This document shows positions 25,726 to 37,767 of a DNA stretch of 64,000 bases, one piece after another. Below the pieces are notes generated by a model. That model was given only the letters and a program-made list of their open reading frames with translations. It was not told the DNA's origin and searched no databases. Both the position numbers and the translations under genes were made by a program. Within the stretch, counting starts at the first letter, position 1; every line of letters starts with the position of its first letter. This stretch comes from Macrostomum hystrix (lineage: Eukaryota; Animalia; Platyhelminthes): contig CATNEN010000009.1 of NCBI GenBank assembly GCA_950097015.1, positions 1,302,001 to 1,366,000 of the forward strand, given 5' to 3'.

Positions 25726-27274
25726 GAATCTCTGATTATTATATCCCTAAACCACATGGTGGACCGGAACATATTAGCACACGGGCAGCATGTTATCCGA
25801 TTCTGTAAATCCCCAGGCCTCGTGTTCCAGCGCTCGCTTTCAACACGCCCGGCCTCCAATTCGATGAAGAGGAGCGGCTTCGGGCGGGGGCGATTCTCCT
25901 GATCATCGCCGACCCTCAGCTTTCATCGCCGAATTGCTTTTGCCCGCTCGATAAAAAATTCTTCTATTCAGAATTCTTCTATTGAAAAGCAGTTTTCACC
26001 GGGAGAGACTTTTGCGGATCTGGTGGCGGAGGCTTATTGCCAAAGAGGATAAAAACTGCAAGGTGTAGCCGCTGAATTCCTCACCTTCTGCTTGGTATCT
26101 GCGCCTGTCTGTGTAATTCCCAGCTCGTAGCCTCCTGAAACCCAAAAAACCGCAGCAAATTGAAGGTGCCACCCGTCTTGCCTCTTCGCGACATGAAAAT
26201 TGGCGTAACGATGAAAAAAAGCAAACTTTTTATTCCCGCGGATGAGTCAGAAACTGGCCTGGGCTGCGGCTTTCGGGTTTTCAGGCGCCAAGAAGGCGCA
26301 AAGTGGAAATAAAACGATTTACGAAATCCAGGTCCTTTTCTGAGGATTTGCGCGTTGTTGTATGATAATTATTTTTACATAATTGCAGGAGGGCTGCGGG
26401 CAATGGCACATCATTTAGCGACACCTGACCCGCAGCCAGCGAGGAGGCAATTCTGCCCATTTCGCTGACTCCTGAGCACACACGCACACGCTCACACAGG
26501 GTGTGTACATCTGCTCTGACTTTCTCATCGTCAGGCAGTGTACACTCTCACTGTGCTTTGGAGGTTGGCCCTCAATGGCGTAAATTGCACGACAAGCCCC
26601 CAAGCCTTCTCTCTGCGGCTGCGCCCCAAATGAATGTGGCCTCGCCGCGGAATCGAGCTCAGGGACTGTGGTGCGAGAGGCGAACGAGTCCAGAATTTAC
26701 CGAATTGCATGTTTCCAAAATGTAAGACATTTAAAGTTTTAGACTCCCCAATTGAAAGTGTTTCTCAAAAAACTTCTCTAAGATTCTTACTTACAGGTTT
26801 TCAAAATTATACATTTTTCCGAATTTAGTTTTCCGATAACAAATTTCCATTTTCCAGGAATACAGATTGTTTCAAATGTTAAAAATAAGATTCGGAGATT
26901 TTCTGCATAGAAAATATTCTATCAAATCTCATGCAACTTGCAAAACAGCAAGGATGGGGCACAGCGGTACCTGGGTGGGGGGAGTTTCATCCCGCATTAA
27001 TCCCCAATAAAAAGGCCGCTTGTTAAGCTTTAGCGCTGAGAGCGCAGCCCCATCCATCAGTGTGCCGTTCTGTCCACGCGCTCTCTTACATCAGCAGTGC
27101 CGTTCGGCTCAGGAATTTGCACTTTTGCGAGTTCTTCAACTGGGCGTAAAAGGGCGCCAGGGCAAAGTGCGGACGACGGGAACTTTGGGAGTTGGGAAAA
27201 TATGCCCCTATTACAATACTGATCGTAACAGCCATGATCTAAAATGGATCGATATGACCATAAAAGGTATCATC

Positions 27275-27630
27275 CATGACTCACACCTGACCACTTCTGA
27301 TTGCTATGACCCCAACCTCCATGACCCAAGCCTGACCACTTCTGATTGCTATGACCCCAACCTCCATGACCCAAGCCTGACCACTTCTGATTGCTATGAC
27401 CCCAACCTCCATGACCCAAACCTGACCACTTCTGATTGCTATGACCCCAACCTCCATGACCCAAGCCTGACCACTTCTGATTGCTATGACCCCAACCTCC
27501 ATGACCCAAGCCTGACCACTTCTGATTGCTATGACCCCAACCTCCATGACCCAAGCCTGACCACTTCTGATTGCTATGACCCCAACCTCCATGACCCAAG
27601 CATGACCACTTCTGATTGCTATGACCCCAA
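27275..27630. repeat. 45-bp tandem repeat, about 8 units
   Basis: ctgaccacttctgattgctatgaccccaacctccatgacccaagc; ends about 20 bp before the exon 3 acceptor. Confidence 0.96.
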
Positions 27631-27653
27631 GCATCGCTGTCCCTCCTTGCCAG

Positions 27654-27798
27654 GTGGTGAAGCTGCTGTGCGAGGAGCGGCGACATTGCAGCCTGCTAAG
27701 CTCCCAGGCGGCGGTGGCGGCGGCTGCGGACCCGTACGACCTCGGCCGGTGCGAGCAGCTCCTGCCGCACCTGAGCGTTCGCTTCACCTGCGAGCCGG
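27654..27798 (+). CDS. EVA1C: EVA-1-like exon 3 (SUEL domain 1, C-part)
   Basis: ccttgccag|; VVKLLCEERRHCSL...CEQLLPHLSVRFTCEP; donor G|gtgag. Confidence 0.82.
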
Positions 27799-28092
27799 GT
27801 GAGCCGCAATTAACTCTTCCGCGACTCTTCTTCTTCTCCGTCGATAAGTTCGATTAGCCCCCGCCGACTCAAAGCTGGACTGAGTGGCTTTGAGGAATCC
27901 CATTTCCCATTTCCCATTCCCCCTAGGCAGCGCAGCTGTGGCGGGTGTCAAGCTGTGGGATCCCAATTGAGGGGAATTGCTGATTGAAGGAACTGCGCGG
28001 AAGGGGAAAGAGAGGCGGGATTAATTGCCTTTTATCCCCTGCATCCCTGCTACCTGGTATGACCTCGGCGGGATAGTAGCTCGAGCTTTGGG

Positions 28093-28094
<2 letters not shown>

Positions 28095-28123
<29 letters not shown>

Positions 28124-28138
28124 CAAGATAGATAGATA
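28095..28138. repeat. (GATA)n microsatellite
   Basis: Direct reading. Confidence 0.9.
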
Positions 28139-28170
28139 AATAGTATAGTTAGCTCACCCTCCGCCCGCAG

Positions 28171-28458
28171 CCATTCGCAGCCGCTTCCTCTGCGCTGACA
28201 CCTACTCGACCATCAGCTGCGACGATCGCCAGAAGCTGCTGGTGCTGGACGCTGTGCTGACTGACAAGTACTTGTTCCAGGACGGCAGCTGCCCAAACAC
28301 GGCAAACCCCGGCCAGGGGGTCAGGCACTGCCCGGAGACGAACATCTTCGAGGACGTCAAGCGGCAGTGCGACTCGAGGACGGAGTGCAACTTGGGAGCG
28401 ATGCAAAGCGTGCGGCCCGGCTGCGCCCGGCCAAACCTCCTGCTGCTCTACGCCTGCG
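28171..28458 (+). CDS. EVA1C: EVA-1-like exon 4 (SUEL domain 2)
   Basis: ccgcccgcag|; FLCADTYSTISCDD...SCP...HCPE..IFEDVKRQCDSRTEC...GCARPNLLLLYAC; donor G|gtgag. Confidence 0.85.
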
Positions 28459-28469
28459 GTGAGCTGGCA

Positions 28470-28802
28470 TCTAGTGGGGTGGGATCTGGTAAGGTGGGAT
28501 CTGGTGGGATGGGATCTGGTAAGGTGGGATATGGTGGGGTGGGATCTGGTGGGGTGGGATCTGGGTGGGGTGGGATCGGTGGGGTGGGATCTGGTGGGGT
28601 TGGATCTGGTGGGGTGGGATCTGGTGGGATGGGATCTGGTAAGGTAGGATCTGGTAAGGTGGGATCTGGTGGGGTGGGATCTGGTGGGGTGGGATCTGGG
28701 TGGGGTGGGATCGGTGGGGTGGGATCTGGTGGGGTTGGATCTGGTGGGGTGGGATCTGGTGGGATGGGATCTGGTAAGGTAGGATCTGGTAAGGTGGGAT
28801 CT
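28470..28802. repeat. 15-bp G-rich minisatellite, interrupted by the LINE and resuming at 34432-34480
   Basis: Unit ggatctggtggggtg on both sides of the LINE. Confidence 0.93.
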
Positions 28803-28920
28803 TTGACTTACTTAACTTAGCGGCAGGGGGCCTCCATGACGGACGCAGCGAGGAGGCGGCTGTTGCCGCCCATATCGCTAACCCCTGGCAGCCAGACGGC
28901 CTCCAGCGAGGCGGTGCCGC

Positions 28921-31900
28921 TCAGGGTGGTCCGTCGGTCGGTTCCGCCGCGCGATCTTCCTCGCCATAGGCTGGGAAGAAATCAGCTCGGCCGGTATCCC
29001 GGAGGAAGTGGGCGAGCTGAGGGATGTTCTCGGGCGAGCAGGCTTCGGCAAGAGTCGGTGCCGGCCCGAGGTGTTTTAGCCTAGCCCGGGTGAAGGCCGG
29101 GCAGTGGCAAATGAAATGCTCGGCGTTTTCACGGCCGGAGCAGCAGAAAGGACACGTTTCCTCAGGCACGTGGCCTTGGAGGTAGCGGTGTCTGGTGAAG
29201 CAGCCATGTCCCGAAAGGGCCATGGTGACTGCTCTCAGGTCTCTGCGGTTTAGCCTGAGTAAGGCCTTACGCAGGTTACTAGAGGGGGTTGGCACCGCAG
29301 CCCTGGACTGGCGACAGTTCAGGGTGCTGGACCACCTCCTCCGGTGCTGGGTCTCCATCCAGTGGTTGATGCTGGAGTTGACAACGGAGGCGGGGATCGG
29401 GGATTCCGGGCCCGGGCCCATCAGGGAGCTGGCTGCTCCAGCCTTTGCAAGCTCGTCCGCCATCTCATTCCCTGTGAGCCCGGCGTGCCCAGGGATCCAC
29501 ATCAGCTCCACCTTGTTAGACTGCGCCAAACCGTTTAACTGGGTGTTGCAGTCCAAGGTGGTTCTGGAGCGAGAGGTGCAGCGACTGAGGGCCTTGAGGG
29601 CTGCTTGACTGTCGGAGTGAAAAAAGACCCTCCGTCCAGTCAGCTGCCTCTGGCGCAGCTCAGCCGCACAGAAACTGATGGCGAGCATTTCGTTTTGGAA
29701 AACGCTTGAGCTCTTGCCACAGTGTTGGGAGTGGGTCCAGAGGACCTCGCCACCCGAGGCGACGCACACCCCGAATCCCGATTTACCGTTCATCAGGGAG
29801 CCGTCAGTGTAACAGTGGACTGCGGGGTCATCCCAGCAGTCCTTTACCTCATTACGAGGGAAGATGCTGACTTTGTACCTGTGGCTCCGGAGTAAAGTGG
29901 CCGGGGCCCCGTCCGAAAGGATGGTGAGCCCTCCGCACTCGCCCAGAGTTTTCAGGCAGAGGTCAGAGTGGGGCAGAAGGGAGCGCTTCGAGAAGGCTCG
30001 CGAATTCTGGAAGGATACACCCGCATCAAGGAGACGACGGGTGGACTTTGCCGCTTCCCCCTTAACAAAAATGTCAATGGGTGTAGCGTTGAGGAAAGCG
30101 TTCATGCCTTCAAAGGGAGTGGAGGGTGGGGCGCCCAGCGTCATGCGACAGGCTCTGCCCTGCACCCTATAAAGCGCCTCCAGGTTTTTCTGGATGCTCA
30201 TGGCACTGGCCCAGATGAGGCCAGCGTAAGCGACTGACGGTCTAATGATCGCCGTGTAAATCCACCAAAGGTTTTTGGGGGTTAGCCCCCAAGTGGTGCC
30301 CACGGCTCGCCTGACTTGCGCCAGAATGGCCAGGGCCCTCTTGGCCTTTGTGGTAATGTGCGGGGTCCAGTTAAGCCTATGGTCTAGCAGGATACCAAGG
30401 CACCGGACCTGCTTTTCCATGGCAATATTCTTGCCATAGAGAGTCAGAGGCTCAATGGTCCAGCGCAGCCTGCTGGTAAACATAACCGCAACGGTCTTGG
30501 ACTCAGAGAGTCGGAGCCCGCATTGGTCCGCCCAGCGCACCGCCCTGTTGATAAAGCCCTGAATGAGGTCCCTGGTGGTTTCCGCCGAGGGGCCCGCGCA
30601 GATGGCGGTCACATCGTCGGCATATCCCACCTTCAGGACTGGGTCAGGCCGAGTGCTTTTTAGCAGCTCATCCATGACGAGATTCCACAGCAGTGGGGTG
30701 AGGACGCCACCTTGGGGCCCTCCTTTTAGGACAGGTGCCGAGAGCACCCTGCCTTCGAGGTGGGCCACCACGTGGCGATTCCGGATCATGTACATGACCC
30801 AACGGACGAGGTGGGGGTGAGTGGCCCTGGAAACCAGGGCCTTCTCAAAGGCTTCGAAAATAACGTTATCGAAGGCCCCCTCAATATCAAGGAAAACAGC
30901 CAGGGCAAAACCGCTGCCCAGCACTGCCTTCTCGAGAGTCTCCACAATGCAGTGGAGGGCGCTCTCCGTGGACCGGCCCGCCCGAAAGGCGTGCTGGTTT
31001 GGTGAGAGCGGGGTCCGCCCTAGCTCTACAGTAAGAAGGCGCCAGAGCACCAGTCTTTCCATGAGCTTGAGGCAGGTGGAAGTCAAGCTTATCGGGCGAT
31101 AAGACTTGACCGAGCGATAGTCGCCTTTGGCGGGCTTCGGGATGAAGACGACCCGGGCTTCATGCCACCGCGCTGGTACGTAGCCCAGCACGATGCAGGC
31201 CCGTAGAAGTCTGCAGAGGAGATGGAGGAAGCGGCCATTTTTAACCGCTTCATGCAGAAAGGCCGGATATATACCATCTGGCCCAGGTGCTTTAAAGGGA
31301 TTGAATGACTTAGCCGCGCGAACGATGCGGTCATTCGTAACGAGTGACTGAGCCAGGCCCTGACCTCCACGCGAGTGGTCGTCTGGGCCGAAGTGCGCCG
31401 GTACACTCGGGAAGAAATGCCCTAGCATAAGCTCGAGCGTTTCCTCCGGGCGCTCAGTGATCGAGCCGTCCGGCTTTTTAATCGATGAGAGCTTGGAGAA
31501 GCGGTCGTTGGTGAGCGCCTTTACCACGCGGGCCGTGGGCCGCGAGCCCTCAAGCCCTTCGCAGTATTGTCGCCACTTGTCCGCTTTTGCCCTTCTGACC
31601 CGGCCCTTAAACTCATGGATGGCGCGAGTATAGGCCTCTTTGTCATCAGGGTCGTGCGAGGTTTTCAGCTTCCTCTGGAGAGCCTTAGCTCGGCGTCTTA
31701 GGACTCCGAGCTCGGGGTTCCACCAGGGGGCCGATTTTTTGCCTTTGTAGGCTTTGAGCGGGCAAGCCATTTCGTAGGCCTCTGTGATGGCGCCGCCCAG
31801 CAGGGCAGCCACTCCATCCAGGTCCTGCGTGGTTTCCATGGCCATGGAGGGGTCAGAATCCCGAAGGCCCTCATGCAGCTTTTGGCTGAACGCGGGCCAG

Positions 31901-32625
31901 TCGGTATTTCTGACATTACGCCTCCAAATAGGCTTTTGCTTCTTATCGGGGGTGCCGATGTTGAAACGGATGAAACGGTGGTCCGAGAGCGAGCTTTCGG
32001 TCTCCCACACCTCCCACCCCAGCACCCTTGGGAGGATGCCGGGTGAGGCCAGGGTGACGTCAAGCACCTCAGCCCACCGCCCATTGTCGAAAGTGGGCGT
32101 GTTGCCCACATTGCAGAAGTTTAGAGGCGTGCCGCTGACGAAGGCCAGGAGCTCTTCGCCGCGGTCATTGATTTTTGAGCTACCCCAGTGGGTGTGATGC
32201 GAGTTTACATCTCCCGCGAGGAGCAGCTCGAAGTTTCGTGCCCTGGCGAATTCACAGAGGGCGACGAGGGTATCGCTAACCACGGGGGCGTCGCCTGCCA
32301 GGTAGGCGGATGCCACGAGGGTCAACTTGTTAGGCACAATGTGTGCAGATTGGATGACGCAGATGTCCCCGTTAGAGAGATCGGGTCTCATCCACGCATT
32401 TAAGGCTTTTGCGGCATAGATCAGTGATCTAGGGCGGACAGAGTCTGCCATGCAGAAGCAGTCATAGCCAGCAGGAATGTTGCTTGGCTTGTTCTTTGAT
32501 AGCCAGGGCTCCTGCACAAGTACAAGGCCCGGCATCATGCGCTCTGTCGTGCGCATCAGATTGACTGATGCTGCCACGCAGTGCTGGGTGTTAACTTGCA
32601 GACATGATATTCCGGGGATCATCAT
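28921..32625 (-). CDS. LINE ORF2: AP endonuclease, reverse transcriptase, RNase H, CCHC knuckle (1234 aa, intact)
   Basis: LVQEPW, GDVNSHH and SDHRFI (APE); [28 protein letters not shown] and YADD (RT); YTDGS, SDSQAAL and [15 protein letters not shown] (RNase H). Confidence 0.97.
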   Translation of the reverse strand: MMIPGISCLQVNTQHCVAASVNLMRTTERMMPGLVLVQEPWLSKNKPSNIPAGYDCFCMADSVRPRSLIYAAKALNAWMRPDLSNGDICVIQSAHIVPNKLTLVASAYLAGDAPVVSDTLVALCEFARARNFELLLAGDVNSHHTHWGSSKINDRGEELLAFVSGTPLNFCNVGNTPTFDNGRWAEVLDVTLASPGILPRVLGWEVWETESSLSDHRFIRFNIGTPDKKQKPIWRRNVRNTDWPAFSQKLHEGLRDSDPSMAMETTQDLDGVAALLGGAITEAYEMACPLKAYKGKKSAPWWNPELGVLRRRAKALQRKLKTSHDPDDKEAYTRAIHEFKGRVRRAKADKWRQYCEGLEGSRPTARVVKALTNDRFSKLSSIKKPDGSITERPEETLELMLGHFFPSVPAHFGPDDHSRGGQGLAQSLVTNDRIVRAAKSFNPFKAPGPDGIYPAFLHEAVKNGRFLHLLCRLLRACIVLGYVPARWHEARVVFIPKPAKGDYRSVKSYRPISLTSTCLKLMERLVLWRLLTVELGRTPLSPNQHAFRAGRSTESALHCIVETLEKAVLGSGFALAVFLDIEGAFDNVIFEAFEKALVSRATHPHLVRWVMYMIRNRHVVAHLEGRVLSAPVLKGGPQGGVLTPLLWNLVMDELLKSTRPDPVLKVGYADDVTAICAGPSAETTRDLIQGFINRAVRWADQCGLRLSESKTVAVMFTSRLRWTIEPLTLYGKNIAMEKQVRCLGILLDHRLNWTPHITTKAKRALAILAQVRRAVGTTWGLTPKNLWWIYTAIIRPSVAYAGLIWASAMSIQKNLEALYRVQGRACRMTLGAPPSTPFEGMNAFLNATPIDIFVKGEAAKSTRRLLDAGVSFQNSRAFSKRSLLPHSDLCLKTLGECGGLTILSDGAPATLLRSHRYKVSIFPRNEVKDCWDDPAVHCYTDGSLMNGKSGFGVCVASGGEVLWTHSQHCGKSSSVFQNEMLAISFCAAELRQRQLTGRRVFFHSDSQAALKALSRCTSRSRTTLDCNTQLNGLAQSNKVELMWIPGHAGLTGNEMADELAKAGAASSLMGPGPESPIPASVVNSSINHWMETQHRRRWSSTLNCRQSRAAVPTPSSNLRKALLRLNRRDLRAVTMALSGHGCFTRHRYLQGHVPEETCPFCCSGRENAEHFICHCPAFTRARLKHLGPAPTLAEACSPENIPQLAHFLRDTGRADFFPAYGEEDRAAEPTDGPP

Positions 32626-32637
32626 GCAGGCAGAGGT

Positions 32638-34185
32638 CTACTTGGAGGGGGACCCAGCCAGAAGGCGGTCCTCCTCCTCCGGGTCGATGTCGGTAGCCAT
32701 GGGCTCCTCCGTGCCCAGGCCCCGAGCCGGGGACGGGAACTCGACGGCGTCAGCCGCCCAGTCCCCGCCCCCGGCCCCGAGCCCAGGCCCAGAGTCGCCC
32801 TCAACTGGAGCCGACACCGCTCCCTGGGCCGTGGGAGGGGCGCTCGAAGGGCCCTGCTCGATGGAGCTGGGCACCTCTGAGGCCTCCCCCGTAGCCCTTG
32901 GTTGCGGCGCCTGCCCCGGTGGGCCACCGCGCATCTCAGCGCGCAGCTGGGCCATCTTGGCGGTTCGCACCACCTCGGAGGCCCGCTGGAGAAGGCCCCG
33001 GCGCTTTGTGACACGCGCGGGGCGACGCTCAGAGCTGCCAGCGATGGCACGCTCTGGCCTTTTTTGGCGGGACGACTGGGCCCTGCCCCCAGTCCCAGCC
33101 TTGGGGTCCGAGGACCCTTCATTGGCCGGTACGGTGGTGGGCCCGGTCTGACCTCGGGTTTTATCCGCCTCGAAGGCGAAGATTTTGGTCTTCCACAGAC
33201 CAATGCAAATGTTGGCGCCATCTGGGTAGCGGCGTGTCCATTGTTCGGACAGGCCCAGAATGGCGGTGAAACCGGTGCCGTCGGGGCGCAGGATCGTGCG
33301 GTGCACGATCAGGCCCGCTGTCGGCAGCTCCCGGTTCATCGCGATGAGGCCCCTGCGGAGGTCCTCAGCGCTGGTGACGACACTTTTCGCCGGGACGAAG
33401 ATACGGTGTCGCTTGGTCTTTGGTGGCTCGTTCTCCCGTAGGAACTCGAGGCCAGCCGCCCAGCTCTGCGTGGGCAGCAACTCGAGGAGCCGCCGCCCCG
33501 ATTCCGCATCGCCGGGCCAGACGACGAAGCACGATTCCCTGGTAGCGCTTGCGCCGACCGCCAGGGGCTCGCCCTTCAGTTGAAGTTGCCACAACATAGC
33601 ATCTATGTTGCGGCAAATGTCGCTGAGCTGTTCGCTGCTCAGCCTTTTCCCGTCTCTGCCGGTGATGATGACGGCAGGTTGCCTACGTGCGATGGCGGCG
33701 TAGGTAGCTTGTGGTCCCGGGCCCTGTCCGGTGGCGTCCCCACCCTCGGGATCTGCGTCGGCGGTGGGCACAGGGCCCTCCGCCTCCGCTTCTCCTTCGG
33801 GCCGGGCAGCCGTCCGGATGGGCGCCGGGCCCTCCTTGGCCCGCGACCCTGGCCTCGGGGCGTCGTGGGCTCCGCCCCGTGCAGGAGCCTGGGCAGGAGG
33901 CACAAGGCCCCCCGCCCCAGCCCCCGCCCTAGGCAGAGCCCCTTCGGCCCCTCTGGCCTGGGCCTGGTCCTTGGTCAATGGAGCCGACGTGCCGTGGGCC
34001 AGCATGCGCCTACGGCGTTTTGCCGCTCCAGAGGTGGTGGAGCGCTTAGCGCCCCGGTCATCGCGCGAGTTGGGCAGCGCGGCATTTGTGGCGGTCGCGG
34101 GGCCAGCTAGCCCGGGCGCCGCAGCGTGTATGGCCTCAGGCACCATGGTGTCCTCGGCCGGAGCAGTTGAAGGGCTAGAAGCCAT
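32638..34185 (-). CDS. LINE ORF1 (about 515 aa), DUF4780-like, no CCHC knuckle
   Basis: ATG at 34185; RIFVP...LIAMNREL...AILGL...IGL segment resembles the ORF1 domain of LOA-type elements; stop is 12 nt before the ORF2 ATG. Confidence 0.8.
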   Translation of the reverse strand: MASSPSTAPAEDTMVPEAIHAAAPGLAGPATATNAALPNSRDDRGAKRSTTSGAAKRRRRMLAHGTSAPLTKDQAQARGAEGALPRAGAGAGGLVPPAQAPARGGAHDAPRPGSRAKEGPAPIRTAARPEGEAEAEGPVPTADADPEGGDATGQGPGPQATYAAIARRQPAVIITGRDGKRLSSEQLSDICRNIDAMLWQLQLKGEPLAVGASATRESCFVVWPGDAESGRRLLELLPTQSWAAGLEFLRENEPPKTKRHRIFVPAKSVVTSAEDLRRGLIAMNRELPTAGLIVHRTILRPDGTGFTAILGLSEQWTRRYPDGANICIGLWKTKIFAFEADKTRGQTGPTTVPANEGSSDPKAGTGGRAQSSRQKRPERAIAGSSERRPARVTKRRGLLQRASEVVRTAKMAQLRAEMRGGPPGQAPQPRATGEASEVPSSIEQGPSSAPPTAQGAVSAPVEGDSGPGLGAGGGDWAADAVEFPSPARGLGTEEPMATDIDPEEEDRLLAGSPSK

Positions 34186-34726
34186 TGAAAGCTGCAATGA
34201 AGAGAGGGGCTTCCTGTAGACACAGGCAGGAATAACCCGCTCAGCCGCGATCCCAAAACTGAGCGGGGGCAGCCAAAAAAGACAAGTTACAACCCGGGGT
34301 GGGATGCCAGGACCACCGGGAGGAACCGTAAGAGACCAGACTACTCCCTGGCCAAGCGTCCATCAGCACGGTCAACACTGGGACATTGGAGGGTGCCATT
34401 GAGCCGGCGCCGAGGCCTGCGGGCTGGCCGCAAGGTGGGATCTGGTGGGGTGGGATCTGGTGGGGTGGGATCTGGTGGGATTCGGGGGAAACGGAATCCA
34501 TTTGGGGTGGAATTCGAGTAAGTTAAGTTTGAGTAGGATTTGCATGTTGTGGGATCTGAGTGGGATTAAGTCGTGCGGTATCGTAAATGAGGTGGTATCT
34601 AGGCGAGTTAAATTGGGATCTGTATGAAGTGGGAATCATGATGAGGTGATGTTTATAATGTGACAATGAAAAAGCTAAACCATGGTGGTCGCTAATTCCC
34701 AAGAATTTTAATTCCCTCCGCTTCAG

Positions 34727-34885
34727 TTTCCAAGAAAGGCTACGACCCAGCAAAGCGGGTGGACCTGCCTGGCGACCGGCAGAAAATTCCCACCGTCGTC
34801 TATGGCGCGGAGCCGGAAGCGCCGCCAGCGGCCGCGCCACCGACTCGGGCAACTCAGCGAAGCCACTCGATAGCTCCGTCGAGAC
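34727..34885 (+). CDS. EVA1C: EVA-1-like exon 5 (stalk)
   Basis: ccgcttcag|; joins as YAC-VSKKGYDP (compare EVA1C YACVPK); donor C|gtgagt. Confidence 0.72.
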
Positions 34886-35009
34886 GTGAGTCCCAGGTTT
34901 CCAGGAATTTGGGATGACATTTTCGTGAGGATGGGATTTCGATGCGCGTTCTCAGAAACGGGTTGAAAATAAATTTGGGTTTTAGGGTTTTGGGAATTGT
35001 GAATCTGAA

Positions 35010-35400
35010 GGGGTGGGATTTGGGGAACTGGGGATCTATGAAGGGGTGGGATATGTGGAACTGGGGATCGATGACGGTGTGGGATTTTGGGAACTGGGGA
35101 TCTATGAAGGGGTGAGATTTGGGGAACTGGGGATCTATGAAGGGGTGAGATTTGGGGAACTGGGGATCTATGAAGGGGTGAGATTTGGGGAACTGGGGAT
35201 CTATGAAGGGGTGGGATTTTTAGAACTGGGGATCTATGAAGGGGTGGGATTTTTAGAACTGGTGATCTATGAAGGGGTGGGATTTTTAGAACTGGGGATC
35301 TATGAAGGGGTGGGATTTTTAGAACTGGGGATCTATGAAGGGGTGGGATGTTTAGAACTGGGGATCTATGAAGGGGTGGGATTTTTGGAACTTGGGATCT
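35010..35400. repeat. 33-bp G-rich tandem repeat, about 12 units
   Basis: gaactggggatctatgaaggggtgggattttta. Confidence 0.93.
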
Positions 35401-36469
35401 GTAGAAGGGCATGGGATTTAGGCAACTATAACTTCGGGATCTATTAAAAGGTTGGGATTTACGAGTAGGAGAACTGGTATCTGTAAACGCATTTGATTAT
35501 TGTATATGAGAATGTTTTGTATAAGTTAAGATCGAAGACTTGGTACAGAATTTGAGAATAGAGGACCCGGTTCGCCAAGTTAAAAGTATGTTCAAGTGCT
35601 TTGCGGGTTCGGTTCCGCGCGGTCGCTGGTGCCGCAAACTCCATTTGAATAGAAAGTGCTGCCAACGGTGCTCTGTGAGGGCAGCTATAAGTTTTCGCAT
35701 GCAAATTAGTCATTTGAGCAGTGCGGATCCCAGTGCCCCGCCCAGCACTAATTAGCATGATTGCAGGCAGATTTCTGACATTTTTATTTATTCCCTGTTT
35801 CTGTAGAAATCGGACTATAGGAGCCAGTGTCCAAAGACACGCCAAGTTGGTTTGTCAATCCAATTGGACTGCTAGCATACGAGAACTAGAATGATCAGTT
35901 CATTAAGTTAAACACTTTCACCTAATGCGCCGAGTATTAAATAAATAGGATTGCTCTTTGCAGTGATTCGAAACACAGTTTGAGTCGTTGGACTCCAGCT
36001 CCGAATGTACTTTTAGCTACAGGGCTCGCATTCGACCAGTTCGACAGCGCCCGCTTCGGATCAGCTTCGGATCAGCCAGCCAGGATTCGTTTCGGATCGG
36101 CTAGCGATAAATTTTCATTGCATTGCTCCGCTTGTTGGGCCAGGGACGCGATTAATGGGCCCCAGTTGCATCGTAAGAGAAATGCAGCAGCAGCAGCAGG
36201 AGTCTTTAGTTCAGTGTTGGATCGGGCTGGATAATAAATGGCAGACACACAATCCAGGATATCTGTTCCCAGTGCTGGCATGGGCTCAGAACTCTTCGGA
36301 AAATATACGAGAGCCAGCAGGACTTCTAGGGCGGAAAAACTTCTTTGAGCATTTGATCATGCAGTGTGTGTTAGTTCACTGGGTTCAGGTTCACAGGGTT
36401 CAGGGACTGTGTACACAGTTGGGATTTGGGATCCGGGATTCGGGATGACTTGGTTTCATTTAGGGTATT

Positions 36470-37690
36470 TGAGACAGGGATGAGTAGTATCAGGTGAGGG
36501 GATATGGGATTGGGATGAGTAGTGTCAGGTTAGGGGATATGGAATTGGGATGAGTAGTGTCAGATGAGGGGATATGGGATTGGGATGAGTAGTGTCAGGT
36601 GAGGGGATATGGGATTGGGATGAGTAGTGTCAGGTGAGGGGATATGGGATTGGGATGAGTAGTGTCAGGTGAGGGGATATGGGATTGGGATGAGTAGTGT
36701 CAGGTGAGGGGATATGGAATTGGGATGAGTAGTGTCAGGTTAGGGGATATGGGATTGGGATGAGTAGTGTCAGGTGAGGGGATATGGGATTGGGATGAGT
36801 AGTGTCAGGTTAGGGGATATGGAATTGGGATGAGTAGTGTCAGGTGAGGGGATATGGGATTGGGATGAGTAGTGTCAGGTGAGGGGATATGGGATTGGGA
36901 TGAGTAGTGTCAGGTGAGGGGATATGGGATTGGGATGAGTAGTGTCAGGTGAGGGGATATGGAATTGGGATGAGTAGTGTCAGGTGAGGGGATATGGGAT
37001 TGGGATGAGTAGTGTCAGGTGAGGGGATATGGGATTGGGATGAGTAGTGTCAGGTTAGGGGATATGGAATTGGGATGAGTAGTGTCAGGTGAGGGGATAT
37101 GGGATTGGGATGAGTAGTGTCAGGTGAGGGGATATGGGATTGGGATGAGTAGTGTCAGGTGAGGGGATATGGGATTGGGATGAGTAGTGTCAGGTTAGGG
37201 GATATGGAATTGGGATGAGTAGTGTCAGGTGAGGGGATATGGGATTGGGATGAGTAGTGTCAGGTGAGGGGATATGGGATTGGGATGAGTAGTGTCAGGT
37301 GAGGGGATTTGGTATTGGGGTGAGTAAAGTCAGGTGAGGGGATTTGGTATTGGGGTTAGTAAGGTCAGGTGAGGGGATTTGGTATTGGGGTGAGTAGTGT
37401 CAGGTGAGGGGATATGGGATTGGGATGAGTAGTGTCAGGTTAGGGGATATGGAATTGGGATGAGTAGTGTCAGGTGAGGGGATATGGGATTGGGATGAGT
37501 AGTGTCAGGTGAGGGGATATGGGATTGGGATGAGTAGTGTCAGGTGAGGGGATTTGGTATTGGGGTGAGTAAAGTCAGGTGAGGGGATTTGGTATTGGGG
37601 TTAGTAAGGTCAGGTGAGGGGATTTGGTATTGGGGTGAGTAAGGTCAGGTGAGGGGATTTGGTATTGGGGTGAGTAGGGCTAGGTGAGGG
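36470..37690. repeat. 35-bp G-rich tandem repeat, about 34 units
   Basis: ggatgagtagtgtcaggtgaggggatatgggattg. Confidence 0.96.
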
Positions 37691-37767
37691 AAATGGGAAT
37701 TTTTTCAAGAGAAACAGAGGTTCGGGCATTGATCCTTGATCCCAGGAACCCTGCTATCATCCCACAG

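Larger units (their letters stand above)
28803..34431 (-). mobile_element. Full-length LOA/R1-group non-LTR retrotransposon (5.63 kb)
   Basis: ORF1 plus ORF2 (APE-RT-RNase H-zinc knuckle); 3' tail TAAGTTAAGTAAGTCAA; 12-bp TSD aaggtgggatct at 28791-28802 and 34432-34443. Confidence 0.95.

Noticed and set aside
24653-25735. 360-aa RS-rich ORF
   Set aside because: Satellite translation inside intron 2.
28459-28820. Gly-rich extension of ORF 28242
   Set aside because: It lies after the exon 4 donor and is the 15-bp minisatellite.
29195-34219. Plus-strand ORFs overlapping the LINE
   Set aside because: Antisense shadows of GC-rich ORF1 and ORF2 with no recognisable domains.
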